A stretch of DNA of 63,518 nt, the filler included, from Octopus bimaculoides (lineage: Eukaryota), in NCBI RefSeq assembly GCF_001194135.2. It is 6 parts of 5 records of this genome, joined end to end, with 100 filler letters (N's around TTAATTAATTAA, not from the genome) between each part and the next. Parts side by side here need not be neighbours in the genome. Positions count along the whole stretch, not along the records: positions 1 to 17,852 come from NC_068981.1; 5 more parts are not named here. One strand, given 5' to 3'. Position numbers and translations under genes: made by a program. The notes beneath the pieces were generated by a model. It did no database searches. It was not told where the DNA came from and saw only the letters and a program-made list of their open reading frames with translations. Shown piece after piece: positions 1 through 13,639 of this stretch (positions within the stretch are counted from its first letter, which is position 1; every line of letters starts with the position of its first letter).

Positions 1-38
<38 letters not shown>
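1..38. repeat. (CAT)n microsatellite
   Basis: Perfect CAT run at the window start. Confidence 0.95.
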
Positions 39-39
<1 letters not shown>

Positions 40-129
40 TTATTTCAAATGCTTTGTTGTTGGTTTTTTTTTTTTGGTTTTTTTTAATCTCACCCCTAAG
101 ACGTAATTTAGGTGGGTTCACTCTTGGAT

Positions 130-690
130 AACAAGTCATTACATGTGATATGAACAATCCGAGAACTTTCGAATGATCTTCCCGTTCCTAACAAGTAGGC
201 CAGTTGCATGTATTCTATGCGATTTTTCAAGCCAATCTTTTCTGCCCCCTACTTAAGTCCCCTACCCCTTGTTATTCCTAAGGCTCCAATGACAATTGGT
301 ACGACCTCACTTGTTCTGCAACCTCGCAATCCGTTTATTTCTCTTTTCAGCTTCTGATATATCCACCTTGTTTATTTCTTTTTCTTTTAACTCAGATTTT
401 GTTGGGGCTCCTGAAGTCTTATATACATAGTGGGCTCGCTACCTGCAACCAACGGTACCATGCTATCAGTTCTTTTCAATTATCTAATATTTTCCTGATT
501 ATTCTGATAACGCGAAGGAGGCAAAACCCTTTGTAGCAGCTCTACTGGGCGCTCTGTTCCGATTTCCTTTATATTCCTCTTGATTCCTTTTGATATTCTC
601 CCCAAGAACCCAACAATAACTTGCATTGTCTTCACCTTCTTCATTTTCCATAACCGTGCTTATCTCATATTTAAGAGGATTGTCAATGCC
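130..690 (-). mobile_element. R4/Dong-type (restriction-like endonuclease) LINE, decayed C-terminal fragment
   Basis: Minus-strand translation with stops/frameshifts gives ...EVVPIVIGALG... and ...ACLLGTGKIIRKVLG, matching the V.PIVIGALG and KACLLGTARILRKVL motifs at the end of R4/Dong ORFs. Confidence 0.65.
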
Positions 691-704
691 TTTTCTTTTA
701 ATCT

Positions 705-912
705 TTTATTTGTTTCAGTCATTTGACTGTGGCCATGCTGAAGCACCGCCTTTAGTCGAACAAATCGACCCCAGGACTTATCCTTTGTAAGCCTAGTACT
801 TATTCTATCGGTCTCTTTTGCCGAACCGCTAAGTTACGGTGACGTGAGCACACCGCCATCGGTTGTCAAGCGATGGTGGGGGGACAAACACAGACACACA
901 AACATACACACA

Positions 913-920
<8 letters not shown>
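705..920 (-). mobile_element. tRNA-headed SINE family 1, 3' half
   Basis: Near-identical to 16183-16400 (TTGTTTCAGTCATTTGACTGTGGCCATGCTG...GGGACAAACA). Confidence 0.85.
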
Positions 921-953
<33 letters not shown>

Positions 954-980
954 ACAAAACAATGTACATAGCACTTCCAT

Positions 981-988
981 ATTATTAC

Positions 989-1072
<84 letters not shown>

Positions 1073-1098
1073 TATTATTATCATTATTATTATTATTA

Positions 1099-1185
<87 letters not shown>
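981..1185. repeat. (ATT)n microsatellite
   Basis: About 200 bp near-perfect ATT run; source of the poly-I/L/Y ORFs. Confidence 0.95.
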
Positions 1186-2565
1186 TGGTAGTGGTTCGAC
1201 AGCATTGTTAGAGCACCGTACAAAATATGTAGCGGTATTCTTCTGGCTTTTAGCGTTCTGAGTTCAAACTACTCTCAAGGACAATTTTGTTTTTCCTCTT
1301 TCCGAGATCGAAAAGATAGAGAATCAGTAAAGTGCTCGGTCAATTTAATCAACTAACCTATTGCCCTCAAAAATTACTGACTTTGTGCCTAAATAAGAAA
1401 CAACTGTTGCTGTTGGTGATGGTAGAAGTGTTTGTGGTGGTTCTTGTAGTGGTATGTGCTTACATCCGTAAAAAATTTCGGAATATTTAAACATCTCCAT
1501 TATCCAAGATGGAAAAGAACTTCCATCTTCAAACACTTTTATCCTGAATTTATATTTTTGCAGACTTTTTTTTCTTCTCTGATTTAACATGGCCGTCTCT
1601 CTCCCTAAACCTGGCTTAGGAGTTTTCACAACTCGGCTTAAGCTGTAGATACTCAGACAAAATTTGGGAGAACTAACTTTACAGATGAAATGCGGAAAGA
1701 GTTCAGAGTTGTAAAGTAACCTGTTCCTACCTACCTGGCGGTTTGTCACTCTGTGTGGGTGGCTTACCTTTATTTGTTTTTCGAAATAAAATATTTTTAC
1801 CTGTTTACTAAATTGTAGGACGAAGGGAGGAGAGCAGGAGAAACAGGGGAGATGTCTGATAATGACGTTGGCTGTTTCGTCATTGTTATCTAGTGGGTCT
1901 AGATCCGTGACCACCTGGCCTCTTCCCAGTCATAGATAATCCAGGATCACACTATCCAACTGCGTTCTTTTCTATGACGACATGAGGGATATTTGGTTGC
2001 TATTTCTAGGAAGTCAAGGCTTCTTCATTGGTTCGCGGTGATGACAATGGTGATGATAGTGATGATTGTGACGATGGTTATTGTTGGTCACGGTGATAGT
2101 GTTATTGCTGTTGCTGCTGCTGCTGCTATTGTTGTTGTTGTTGTTGCAGCTGCTGTTACTGTTGCTTCTGCAACAGTTAGTGCATCCAAAAGGTTTTCCA
2201 GTGTAAAACTACGATTTATACTGAGTAACCTTGAATGCACCTGCAACAACAGCTATAGATGGGGAAATTAAAAGATAAAAATTGGATCTGTTGCTCATTC
2301 AAAATGGCTACCAGCCTTAAATGTATGGCTGTCTAACTGAAACGATATCAAAACGAAAAAAAAATGGAAATCAATTGGGAGTCATAACCAGAAGAACAAA
2401 GATTTGACAGCAATACTACGTAATAACCACACGCTTATACATGTGTTTAAGCATAGCAAAGTAAAATATGTGTTTATAACATGAATGCGCACCCAGTATA
2501 TGCTTCGATTACGTAGAGTGGAAACATTTTTGCAGATATTATGCGTACTGACAATTTATAACCTG

Positions 2566-2567
2566 TT

Positions 2568-2625
<58 letters not shown>

Positions 2626-2668
2626 CGGCGGTGGCGGTAGCAGCAGCAGCAGCAGCAGTAGTAGTAGC

Positions 2669-2718
<50 letters not shown>

Positions 2719-2752
2719 CAGCAGCGGCGGCAGCGGCGGCGGCGGTGGCGGT

Positions 2753-2784
<32 letters not shown>

Positions 2785-2815
2785 CAGTAGTAGTAGTAGT
2801 AGTAGTAGTAGTAGC
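2566..2815. repeat. Compound (AGT)n/(GGC)n/(AGC)n microsatellite, block duplicated
   Basis: The AGT-GGCGGCGGTGGCGGT-AGC-AGT block pattern occurs twice in tandem. Confidence 0.9.
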
Positions 2816-2934
2816 TGAACGACTGCTGCTACAGCAGTCGTTCAGCGTGAAGGTGACGCAAACGATAAGACTCAAAATACCCAAATTTTAAGCCTTGTGT
2901 TTATAGTAGAAAGTATTATATTAATCATTTAGAT

Positions 2935-3912
2935 GAGTGGTTCTCGACTGGAGTCCATATGGCCCCCGAGAGTCCATATAAAATTTTTGGGGATCCATGC
3001 TACAAAATAGTAAATTGGGGCCCCCTGAAAAAAATTTACTTTAGATGTATGCATTGATATGTATTCTTTTCTACTCTAGGCACAAGGCCCGAAATTTTGA
3101 GGTGGGGGGTCAGTCGATTAGATCGATCAAGCAAATGGTACTTAATTTATCAACCCCGAAAGGATGACAAAGTCGACCTCGGCGGAATTTGAACCCAGAA
3201 CGTAAACATAGACGAAATACCGCTAGGCATTCCGCTCGGCGTGCTAACGCTTTTTATTTCTTTACCACCCACAAGGGGCTACGCACAGAAGGGACAAACA
3301 AGGACAGACAAAGGGATTAAGTCAATTATATCGACCCCAGTGCATAACTGGTACTTATTTAATCGACTCCGAAAGGATGAAAGACAAAGTCGACCTCGGC
3401 AGAATTTGAACTCAGAACGTAAAGACAGACGAAATACCGCTAGGCATTCCGCTCGGCGTGCTAACGCTTTTTATTTCTTTACCACCCACAAGGGGCTACA
3501 CACAGAGGGGACAAACAAGGAGAGACAAACTGATTAAGTCGATTATATTTACCCAGTGCATAACTGGTACTTATTTAATCGACCCCGAAAGGATGAAAGG
3601 CAAAGTCGACTTCGGCGGAATTTGAACTCAGAACGTAGCGGCAGACGAAATACCGCTAAGCATTTCGCCCGGCGTGCTAACGATTCTGCCAGCTCACCGC
3701 CTTATGTATTGATATGTATTGCAAGGAACAGCTAGGTTTCTTACTCCATCATTTTGCATAGTTAAACCTACAAAAACAAACACGTGAAGAACAAAATAGG
3801 AATTTTGAAAGACGTTTCTATAAAACTAGTTTTTAAACAACGAATTGCCATAGAGGTCCATCAGAATAAAACACTAATCAAAGGGGGCCATAAATGAAAA
3901 ATGGTTGAGATT
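2935..3912. mobile_element. Degraded hAT-type MITE interrupted by a SINE cluster
   Basis: Left end GAGTGGTTCTC and right end GGTTGAGA resemble CAGTGGTTCTC/GAGAACCACTG hAT TIRs. The internal sequence resumes after the 18-bp duplication flanking the SINE cluster. Confidence 0.4.
3066..3702 (-). mobile_element. Head-to-tail trimer of Nin/Deu-domain tRNA SINEs (family 2)
   Basis: Three copies of GGTACTTA...CCCCGAAAGGATG...GTCGAC(C/T)TCGGC...GAA(C)TCAGAACGT. Flanked by TATGCATTGATATGTATT (3048-3065) and TATGTATTGATATGTATT (3703-3720). Confidence 0.85.
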
Positions 3913-3974
3913 ATATGTTCGTTTATATGTTCCTGTTTTCGATTATATGTTCGTTTTCTTCCATAGTTAAAATT

Positions 3975-4760
3975 TTTTAAAGTGCTCTGCTTGAAAACAT
4001 ATCCTGACAAACAATAATATAGATAATGTCAAAGTGTAATATGTTTATGATGAATGAGACACACATATGGCACGAAGCTTTTAATTTACCATTGGAGCTC
4101 CTACAGAAGAGACAGTGCTCATAGACTATCGTAATAAAAGCCTGGGTAAGGCAAAAAGGATTGTAGTCATGGTAAAGAAAGCTTGAGCGTAGTATAAAGT
4201 ACAAGGTCTGTGAAGTAAGGGTCAGCGGATATGTCGAGAAGAAGCAAGACAGACGCATCGTGTGCGCTTGGGCGGTGGGGATATCAGAGGAACTGTAGAA
4301 CAGACAGAGGAAGAAAAACATAGTGTATTGATTAAGTTGTAGTTGTAGTATGTTTGTGAATGAAAGTTTGCCATTCCAACAGATGACCTTTTATAGGATG
4401 CGATCTGGAATGTTGTGTATGTGTTAGCTACGCAGTCCCAGATACGTGAGCAGCACTCTAAGGTGGGGCGTAGAACTCTAATAAGATTTATGTTAGTAAG
4501 CTATGGTGTGGAGGGTTAGAAATACTGAGAAGTCAAAGAATTAGGTTGATTATTGGAAGAATATGTATAAAAGGGAGCAAACACAACAGTATTTGAAGAT
4601 GGTAAGGGTCTGTGATACAAAGAGCTTTATACAAGCAACCTTATTGATTCAATTAAGTACAGAAATGTTACAGTTGTGTGAAGAAACGCAACAATAATTT
4701 ATTACCACATATCTATTGGTTCAGTAATCTTTAATTAGATCAACAGATAGGTTTAGATTA
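3975..4760 (-). mobile_element. CR1/L2/Jockey-group LINE, decayed 3' end of the RT ORF
   Basis: Minus strand reads ...RPTLECCSRIWD... then FLCLFY...AHTMRLS...PLTLTSQ, resembling the RPxLEYCSxIW and SLCLFYRY motifs after the RT domain. Confidence 0.6.
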
Positions 4761-4974
4761 TATAGAAAATAACAAAAAATATATATCTGATTTTGACACC
4801 CTCTGTTTCGGTAATAATGTAATACAATGTACAGAAGCAACTAAAAAAATCGAAGCGAAAAATATTGGTAAATATTAAATAAAGTATAGTACAGTGTAAG
4901 CCGCTTATTATAATCATTGATAATGTTACCTATAGGTTGTTGTCGAAATTAATGGTTTCCGAATTATATACTTA

Positions 4975-5225
4975 ATGCTCTTGTTATTGTTGACATTCTG
5001 TTATTGTTATCAGACAGTTATTGTTATCATCAATCGGTTGTTGTTGCTGTTGTTGTTGCTGTTGCTGTTGTTGTTGTTGTTGTTTTTGTTATCAGTCTGT
5101 TATTGTCATTCGGTTATTGTTATCAGACAGTTATTATTATCATTGGTTGTTTGTTGTTGTTACTATTACCAGTCATTCGGTTATTGTTATCGATCTATTA
5201 TTATTATCAATAGGCTGTTATTAGC
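4975..5225. repeat. Degenerate tandem repeat built on TTATTGTTATCAGACAG units and (GTT/GCT)n
   Basis: GTTATTGTTATCAGACAGTTATT appears twice, with related partial copies. Confidence 0.75.
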
Positions 5226-8200
5226 TGCTACTTTGGCTTAATTGATCACACATGGCGGCCTCCACTGCATTTAAAAAATAGAAGTTATATATATGGCAAA
5301 ATTATTATTTCAGCGCTTAGTGCCCTATCCTTTAGCCACGCGGGAATAACTTTATAAAGAGGAACAATATTAAAATGGAAAGATGGTCGATAGCAGAATC
5401 ATTAGAGCGCTTGGTCTTTGCAGTATTTGTTCCAACTCTTTCGAGAGTCAATGAAATAAAGTACCAGCTAAGTGTTGTATCGATTTCTCGCTACCTCTTA
5501 CTCGCGGAATCAAGAGCTGTGCTGTGAGAAGGATGACGGAACGCCTCACGTTATCCCTCTCCTCCAAGACAACCTCTCTCACCCTATTGCAGTAGAAGGA
5601 TTGAGACATGGAGGCTCTGGGAATGCACCGTACATGTAGATTAATAATTGTAATTATTTTATTACTTGGTCAGGAGAAAAGATAGTGCTCTTGACCCTTT
5701 TCGAGGTCTCAGTACCTTTTAGGAAGAGAAGAGAAAGGCATCTTCAAACCTGGGTCTTGACCTAAAGATCCCCATTTGTGGCCACTCTCTTTTCTTCTCA
5801 ACCTGAAAAATTTATATTCAAGACAAACATCTAGCACTTCATTACTTTACACAATACAATTTCAGATCTTTAGTCTAATGTTCTTCGAAAGAACTCCTTC
5901 GGTGGACCATCGATTGAGCCTCTACACGGTTGCCTAATCTGCAGGAAATAACAACAGATTGAAACTCCACTCATGGCTTGAGTAATAATTCTACAGTATA
6001 TAATCCAAAGGAGTAAATATAACATGAAAAGAAGTCACGAAAATACTTAAGCTTGGAATTAGTTTTACAAATGTGGTTTGAGTAGGAAGATAAGTGTCGT
6101 ATTGATTGCTAACATGAAACGGTCAATGTAATTGCGATAAGAAAGTTATAAACGTTGCTATGATAGAATATGCTTTAAAAGATTCCCTTTGTAACTTTGG
6201 CAAAAATATGAATTTCATGGATATTGTGTCAAGTACTTACATAAGGGATTAGATTTTAAGATGTACTATTCTGGCTATATTCTCATCTCATTTCATTAAG
6301 ATTTTAGTTAATCAGGCTTTATAATGAGTTTTATAAAGCGTTCAAGTTAAACTAATAATTTAATTAATGAATTAATTCTAGAGTCTGAAATATTTCTAAC
6401 TCTTCGAAATATTATTTTCCTACAGATCATCCCAAACACCTGAGAGATTTATATTCAACACAAACATCGAATTTAATTCTTTTATTTTATCCAACATATT
6501 TTCAGATCTTTAAACTTAATTCCATACATCTTAACTATTTCGGCTGATCATCAAGTCGTTTAACCTGCTAGAAATAGCAGCCTAATCTCTCTCAAACTAT
6601 AGCTGTGTTTAAAAAAAAAAATGAAAGACATTGTGTAAGAAAGTCTTGAATAAAGTGTTGGGAAAAGATGAGATGGCCAGGGCGAACGTGCTTTTGCTCC
6701 TCGATCGAGGATGTCTATGGGACTAAAGAACAACTGTAAGAACAACAACTACAATATCTTTCAAAATTTGTGTTTTACCACTGAATTGTTTCTGGAAGCG
6801 TCTTGCAAAAAGGTAACGCCCACCTTCAATAGGTTGGGAGATTGATAAAATATAAATAAATTTCCAATCATTTTTTAATGAAAATAATCTAGAGTTTAAA
6901 AATATCATCTCAGAATAGGAAAATTGATTAAATAACTACTCGATGTGCACTTAATGGCCCAACATTTGGCCAGCATAGAAGGCAAATAGCGTTAGTAAAT
7001 AGAGTTTTCATCATCACCGTCGTCGTCATCAATGTCGTCGTCATCGTCATCGTCATCGTCATTGTCTTCTTCGTCATAGTCATTATTATCAGCAGCAGCA
7101 ACAGAAGAAGCAGCAGCAGCAACAGAAGAAGCAGCAGCATCGTCCTCCTTCATCATCATCATCGTCATCATTTTGTAGCAAAGAGTCAAGAATCAAGGAT
7201 TTTTATTTGTGAGTCTAGGAACAATTTTGAAAGACTGAGAATTGTATTAATACAATTTACAGAAAACTTTTGGTAATAATCAGAAACGAGTGGAACGCTT
7301 TTTCCTATAAATGAGAGCTAGGCTTCCGAAATAATTTTCTTTAAATGGGACAAGGTTGCTTTCAGGGACCCTGGATGGATCCTCATAAAATTCAAAGAGG
7401 CTAGAGGTTTCTTTTCTTTTTCTTTCTTTCTTAGGGAGAACTTCGTCAGTTACTATGGGATCTTTTTCGTCCCTCAGGACTCTGGACCGATCTGCTGGCC
7501 GAAGACTTCTCTTTTATAAGCCCCAGATCTCAGGGTATCAGAAATTAAGATTTTTGTATCGGTAGCAAAAGTTTGCTAGAAAAATACTGTTCCAACCTAA
7601 GCTCACAAGTGTTAAGTGATTTTACCATAAAACGATTCTAACATTTGTGTGTGTGTGTGTATGTGTCAGTGTCTGTGTGTGCGCGCGTGCGTGCGTGTGT
7701 GTGTGTGCCTGTAGTAGGGCCATATAAAAATGAATTAAACAAAGAAGCGATTAGTTAGTTGGATATTTAACTAATTGACTAATAATAAAGGAGTGGGATT
7801 GTTCTAATGAGTGTCTTAATAATATTGGCATAATGACTCTCTCTTCAACACACGAATTCACAGAAAGAATCTTGCAAATCAGATACAAAAACGAAGTGAA
7901 TTCTATCATTCATTATTCTAACCAAGTGGTTATTTCTAAGAAGAAATAATCTAACAACAAATGTTCCAAGACCAAAGTATTTTTGTTTTCCACAGAGATC
8001 TTTGCTTCTAGCAACGCTCTTTAATTCAATTTCTTCATGCACAATATTCAAGCTATTCCTTGCAATATACTCGTGCTATACTCGCACATGGTAACAGAGA
8101 CAACTGTACTGAAATATGTATTGTTAGAATCATAAACTTTGCTTCAGACCACAAATAAGAGGGGAAAAATATGACTGCATATCATGCATCAAACCAAAAA

Positions 8201-10194
8201 TGTCCTTACACACAATAGTAAAATGTTTATAATTTTACTATTATTACAACATATTAACATCATATACATACCAAATAAAATAATAGAACACAAGCACATA
8301 CATGGATAAATAATCAGCGTGTGCTTAATGGCCCAAGATTTGGCCCATGTACAAGGGAAATGATATTAGTTCATGAAGTTTTCATCATTATCATCATCGT
8401 CGTCGTCGTCATCATCATCATTATAATTATCATTGACCAATTGCTTCTCAATTAAATTTCTTGCGCGGAAACTGTATGGAAATCCGTCATATATGTGTGT
8501 GTGTGTATCCGTCGTATATGTGTGCGCGCGCGTGTGCGTGTACATACATATATAACATATACACTTACACATACATATATACACACGTATGCGTGAGTAT
8601 ACATACACACAAGAACATCAGAAACAATAGCACAAACTTCTACACGATAAAGCGAAAGAAACGTAGCATATTAATATCATTCAACTTTATTAATTACAAT
8701 GGTGCGCACATCAACTGCATGGACGTAGGTGTTTTCTCAGGCCTACAGAACCAGCATGAGAAGGAACCGGAATTTAATTTTAATTTATATTCAAGTATTC
8801 GCACTTGCAACTTGCAATAGCTAAAAGAAATTTCCCTGAAGTATGCAATATCGTGGTTTATAAAACTTCCATAATTTGATGTGCAAATGACTGTTAAAAA
8901 TAAAACCAAACATGTCGTTCCAACCTTTTCACTGTTGAGAAAGTGATACTAGTCCTTAAAATCATAAACGATCTCTAGACTACTTCATTAAACATTACCA
9001 ATATACGTTGCTTCACGGTCCCAAATTAACTAACATTCCACAAAACTATCATCTACCACTTATAGTTCTTTATAAGTCACAGGTTGTATCATGCAAATGA
9101 TTTCTAAAAGGAATGAAATAGTCAATATATTATTACTAAAGACTAGAAATTTTAAGAACTTCGTATTAAGTAAACACAAAAATTAATATGCGGATTCCAT
9201 GCATATTGTTCGTAATGACTCCTTAATTTCAATTTCAAATCTATAATCATGCTTCATATTAGGACGAAATTATTATCTCCCTTGTAATAGCTGTGACTGT
9301 TAGTGGGATCAGATATGTTATTCTAACAAACTTCCTCCATAAAAAGTCACAAAATCATTAGAATTAGAAGTAGAACTACCAAAGAATTTACTGGGGCGGC
9401 AACAACGAACGAACAGCAACGAATAAACGAATATACTCACACTATATGTATCTATGGTTAAAGACATGCTTTTATAAAACATTAATAAGCAGAAAACTTG
9501 CGATTTTCTCGTCTCTTCAAACACAAGAACTTGGGCACAATAATCAAATATTCGACTCCGAGAGTGTTTTAAATTCCAAGTAGATCAATAGTCAATCAGA
9601 ATTATACATTCAGTTTTGAATAGAGAACTGCTACTTGCAGTACAGAGAAAGGGTAGAAAATTGAATGCAGAAAATAGAGACCTCCATCGAAAAGTTATAT
9701 TTTTGATAACACTCTGACGCATATGATGTTAAAAACCGAATCTATTTATAGATTATTTAAGCGACCTTCAAGATATTACCTGTTACTGTCACTACTTCAT
9801 GTGTCTCCTCCTCCTCCAATTGCCGTTGTCTTTAATATCCTGTTTAAAGTCTCGCGGCATTCGTCCTGCTATTATTATTCATTTTATCACTGTTGTTACT
9901 GTTGTCAATATATGAAATGACTGAAATTGGAAAAAAAGAAAATGAATTGTCTGAATATTTATCGAAGATCGTGACTGATCATCTACAGTAGTTCTGGGAA
10001 CACTTAATAGTGTTTATGGCAATGCTTCCTATTAATCGCAGTTTGATTCTCTTATGATCGTACTACTTAGAAGACATATAAGATTGTGAGTATATTATAT
10101 ATACATCTGGGTGTCTGTGTGCGTGTGTGTATGTATAGGAGTGTACGTGTTCCTAAGTCTATATTATATAATTGAAAATCACCGGATCCAAATA

Positions 10195-10409
10195 TTGGTA
10201 TCAAATTTTGGTACAAAGCCAAAATTTCGAGGGAGGGTATAAATCGATTACATCGATCCGAGAGCTCAACTGATATTTATTTCATCGACCCCGGAGGATG
10301 AAAGGCAAAGTAGACTTCGGCGAAATTTGAATTCAAAATCTAGCAACGGACGAAATGCCGCTAATCATTTTGCCCAGCGTGCTAACAATTCTACCAGTTC
10401 CCCGCCTTA
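10195..10409 (-). mobile_element. Nin/Deu-domain SINE (family 2), diverged
   Basis: Similar to 3540-3702 (ATCGACCCCGGAGGATGAAAGGCAAAG...GTGCTAAC...CCGCCTT). Confidence 0.8.
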
Positions 10410-10506
10410 CTGGATCCTTATAATGGTAGCTAAAACATGCGTATATATGTTTGCATGTGTGCGCATGTGCTTGCTTGTCTGACTCAGGATCACTGTTTGT
10501 CTAATG

Positions 10507-10783
10507 CAGGGATTTTCAAACTTTTTGACTTGCGGACTCCTTTATAATTCAGGTTTTACCTTAGGGACCCCCTTGTAAACGCTTATGAAATTTACACATA
10601 AATATTTGCTTAAAATAACATATTTTTACATTTATTTATTTAACAGTATTTAACAAATAGGTTTATTGTCAATTAAAAGATTTCGATTAAAAAACATATA
10701 TAAAATCAAATTGCCCATAAACAGTATTTGCTGTCCATGGACCCCCTGTCTTGTCCTTGCGGACCACAGTTTGAAAACCCCTG
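10507..10783. mobile_element. hAT (Buster/Charlie-type) MITE, 277 bp
   Basis: 16-bp TIRs CAGGGATTTTCAAACT / AGTTTGAAAACCCCTG (1 mismatch). Perfect 8-bp TSD GTCTAATG (10499-10506, 10784-10791) with TA at positions 4-5. Confidence 0.9.
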
Positions 10784-10899
10784 GTCTAATGCAGTCGTAT
10801 TATGTAAGGCGTTAAAGTCCCTCTATTTGACAGGAGAGTAGGCACATAATGCCTCAAGGTTAATTACCTCTTTCTGGCCTATGGGTGTTTTTAATGGAG

Positions 10900-11330
10900 T
10901 TCGCTTCAATGCAAGCACACGAACCAGGCTCCTTTTAGGATATCATCTTGACCTCACGGTGCTCAAGCCAGAAGCTAAAACTTAACTCATTGAATAATCT
11001 TCCCTCTTTTCACATCTAAAGACTGTGCTCCACTTATATCTAACCCGTCACATCTTACGCAGATGCACATCCAATTCTTCTCTAAGTCACAAATCTTTCG
11101 GCCCTTATCTGTAGTTTGGATCTGCTACACTGGCTACAACCTTTACTCAATTCCGAAATGTAGTGCCACCATTCGCCTATGTAACATAAGCATCAACTAC
11201 AAAAATTTCTAGTTACTCTTTTCAAAATCGCTTCTTCACTCCTCTAAAATTATCTATTTCTTCTATCACTCTCCGAACTCTTCCAGCAACGACTATGTTT
11301 TTATCATATTTCTTTCTGTAACTACTTAAT
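10900..11330 (-). mobile_element. Possible highly decayed RTE LINE 3' fragment
   Basis: Only weak resemblance to RTE 3'-end sequence; no clean motif. Confidence 0.3.
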
Positions 11331-13451
11331 TACCTTTAATCTAGAACCTCATCATTGCAAGGCGAACTTATCACTACTACAGACTTGCCTACACCCATCT
11401 GAAGAAAATAAAAGCCGACATCTTGCATGACTAGATGTTTTAAAGCCAAGCAGCAGCAGCAGCAACAAATGAAATCTCGTCAACCAAGAATTGATCAAGT
11501 TGTGTTCCCACCAAAGTTAATCTCAAGGTTTACCAAATGAGGAAACTCCTACTACCGGGAGAACTATTTATAGCTCGATTTGCTATAAATAACAGCTAAA
11601 TCTAACTCAAATCACACCGTACTGTCTTTAATAAGGTCACGTTAGATAGCACTGCCTTTCATAATTCTAAAGTGATGGGATGATCATGGTTGGTCTGCAT
11701 CAATCATAAGTCTGATCATGGCCTCCCAGATCGAACAACCAATGACAAAGCCTGTATATGGCCGTTCAACTAGTATAAATAGAAGTTAGATTTCCCTCAA
11801 GTCATATACAACTATTATTAAAAAGAAAAGCTACATGGTACATTATGAACTCTATTATGAACTATACTATTCTATATCTAAAGTTAAGATGGATGGCCAT
11901 GACTGGAATGCTTTTGATCATAATTCTGCTTAATCAGGACTGATCTGGCATGGGGTGGGCTGTATAACAGCAACAAAAGCATCGAATAAATGAGCCGAAA
12001 CCTGTTCAGAGTCTTATTCAGCAATACACATTTGCAAAACTCTGTATTGAAGAATAATAACCTTAATTTTCAGTGGATAATAGTTATTTCAGATATTACC
12101 AAGGATTTGAAGATAGATACCACTGCAGTTTGGAATATTCTTCAAAAGATATCGAAGACGTTCACAAAATGGAGATGTTTGTTTTACTAGCGTTTGTTTA
12201 ACGAATCTAAGAATTGGAATACAAGAAAAAAAAATGAATATTTGATTTCTTTCATGCACGAAAGTTCAATGGAACCATTTACTTTTATCAGTGGAGTTGA
12301 TGATATTCGTTATCAACTGAGGAAGACGTTCTTTATCGTGTGGTAATGGCTAAATTCCTTATAACGGCAGAAATCAAATCTACTTGAAAACTTCAGACAT
12401 GCCGGTACATAAGTATGTAAATATGCGTGTTCACACACACACACACACGTACAAGTATACGCACACATGTATGCATGCCTCTATGCAATATATGCATATA
12501 CAACTATTCATTAATATATATTTAAAAACATAACTACATAGATATGAACATCCCCATTTAGGTGTGTGTAAGTGTGTGTGTAAGTGTGTGTATATGTGCT
12601 TAAGTGCACACCATATTAAATGCACTCATAGACATTCTTATACATGCACACTCATGCATACACAAACATATACGTATATGTATACATATAAATATATTTT
12701 ATGCATATTCATATAAACATGCAAAGATATTTATATGCATATATATACATGCACATATATATATGCCTCCCCCACACACACATATATATATATGCGCATA
12801 TATATGCGTGTGTGTGTATGTGTGTGTATACACACAGAGACACACAGACGTATGGGTTCTTACAATATGCAACTCATATGCACATATGCGTTTGTACATA
12901 CAAATATATGCGCCTACATACATACACACATACACACACGCATAGACACACACATGCACAACACGCATATTCATGCATACTCACGAAATAAGGAATAACT
13001 ACCTACTTTCTTAACTCTTGTTAGTTTTCTTTTACTTTTTTATTTTTACGCAAAAGATCAAAGATTTTAGATAACGTTAATGAAGAAGTGATTGATATTC
13101 TGCTCACTGATACACAAATGGGGGATGAAATATGGAAGGGGAAGGGGGGACAGGAATTATTGCTGTCGCCGTGCTCGTCTTTTGCGTGGGATTACTATAA
13201 TTAGAAGAGGCGTAGAATGTTTTTGCTGAAAAGGAGCGGTGTGGATATTGTTTAAGATAGATTGTAAAGAAGGGTGGGTAATAAGGTGCTGCCTGTGGGT
13301 GGAATTTATTAGGTGGGGATCACCGCTGTTATAGTGGTTAGGGTCAGAAAAGTGAGCTTAGGATAGAGTAGAGCTAAACAGAGTACAAGGAAATGAGAAA
13401 AATACTCATTGCATCCAATTATAATCGCTAAAGTGAAGTCAATATACTCGT

Positions 13452-13509
<58 letters not shown>

Positions 13510-13639
13510 GTTAGTTCATTGGTAATCTAAACGAATACGTACGCTGAGTAAGTGCTATAATTGGTCATCCGTTAGGTTCCTAGTTCACAGCTGAGGCTGA
13601 AGCCTAATACCTGCTATATATTGATATACATACATATAT

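Noticed and set aside
834-1223. Long homopolymeric ORFs (also at 2474-2891, 15582-16179, 26464-27249, 38240-39082)
   Set aside because: They are translations of trinucleotide microsatellites, open in several frames at once.
1345-1914. 189-aa minus-strand ORF
   Set aside because: No recognisable domain; it begins within a repeat fragment and has no supported splice context.
7720-8200. Cys-loop/chemotactile receptor or TIR-domain resemblance
   Set aside because: Only a few residues match, on opposite strands, with spacing that does not fit and many stops.
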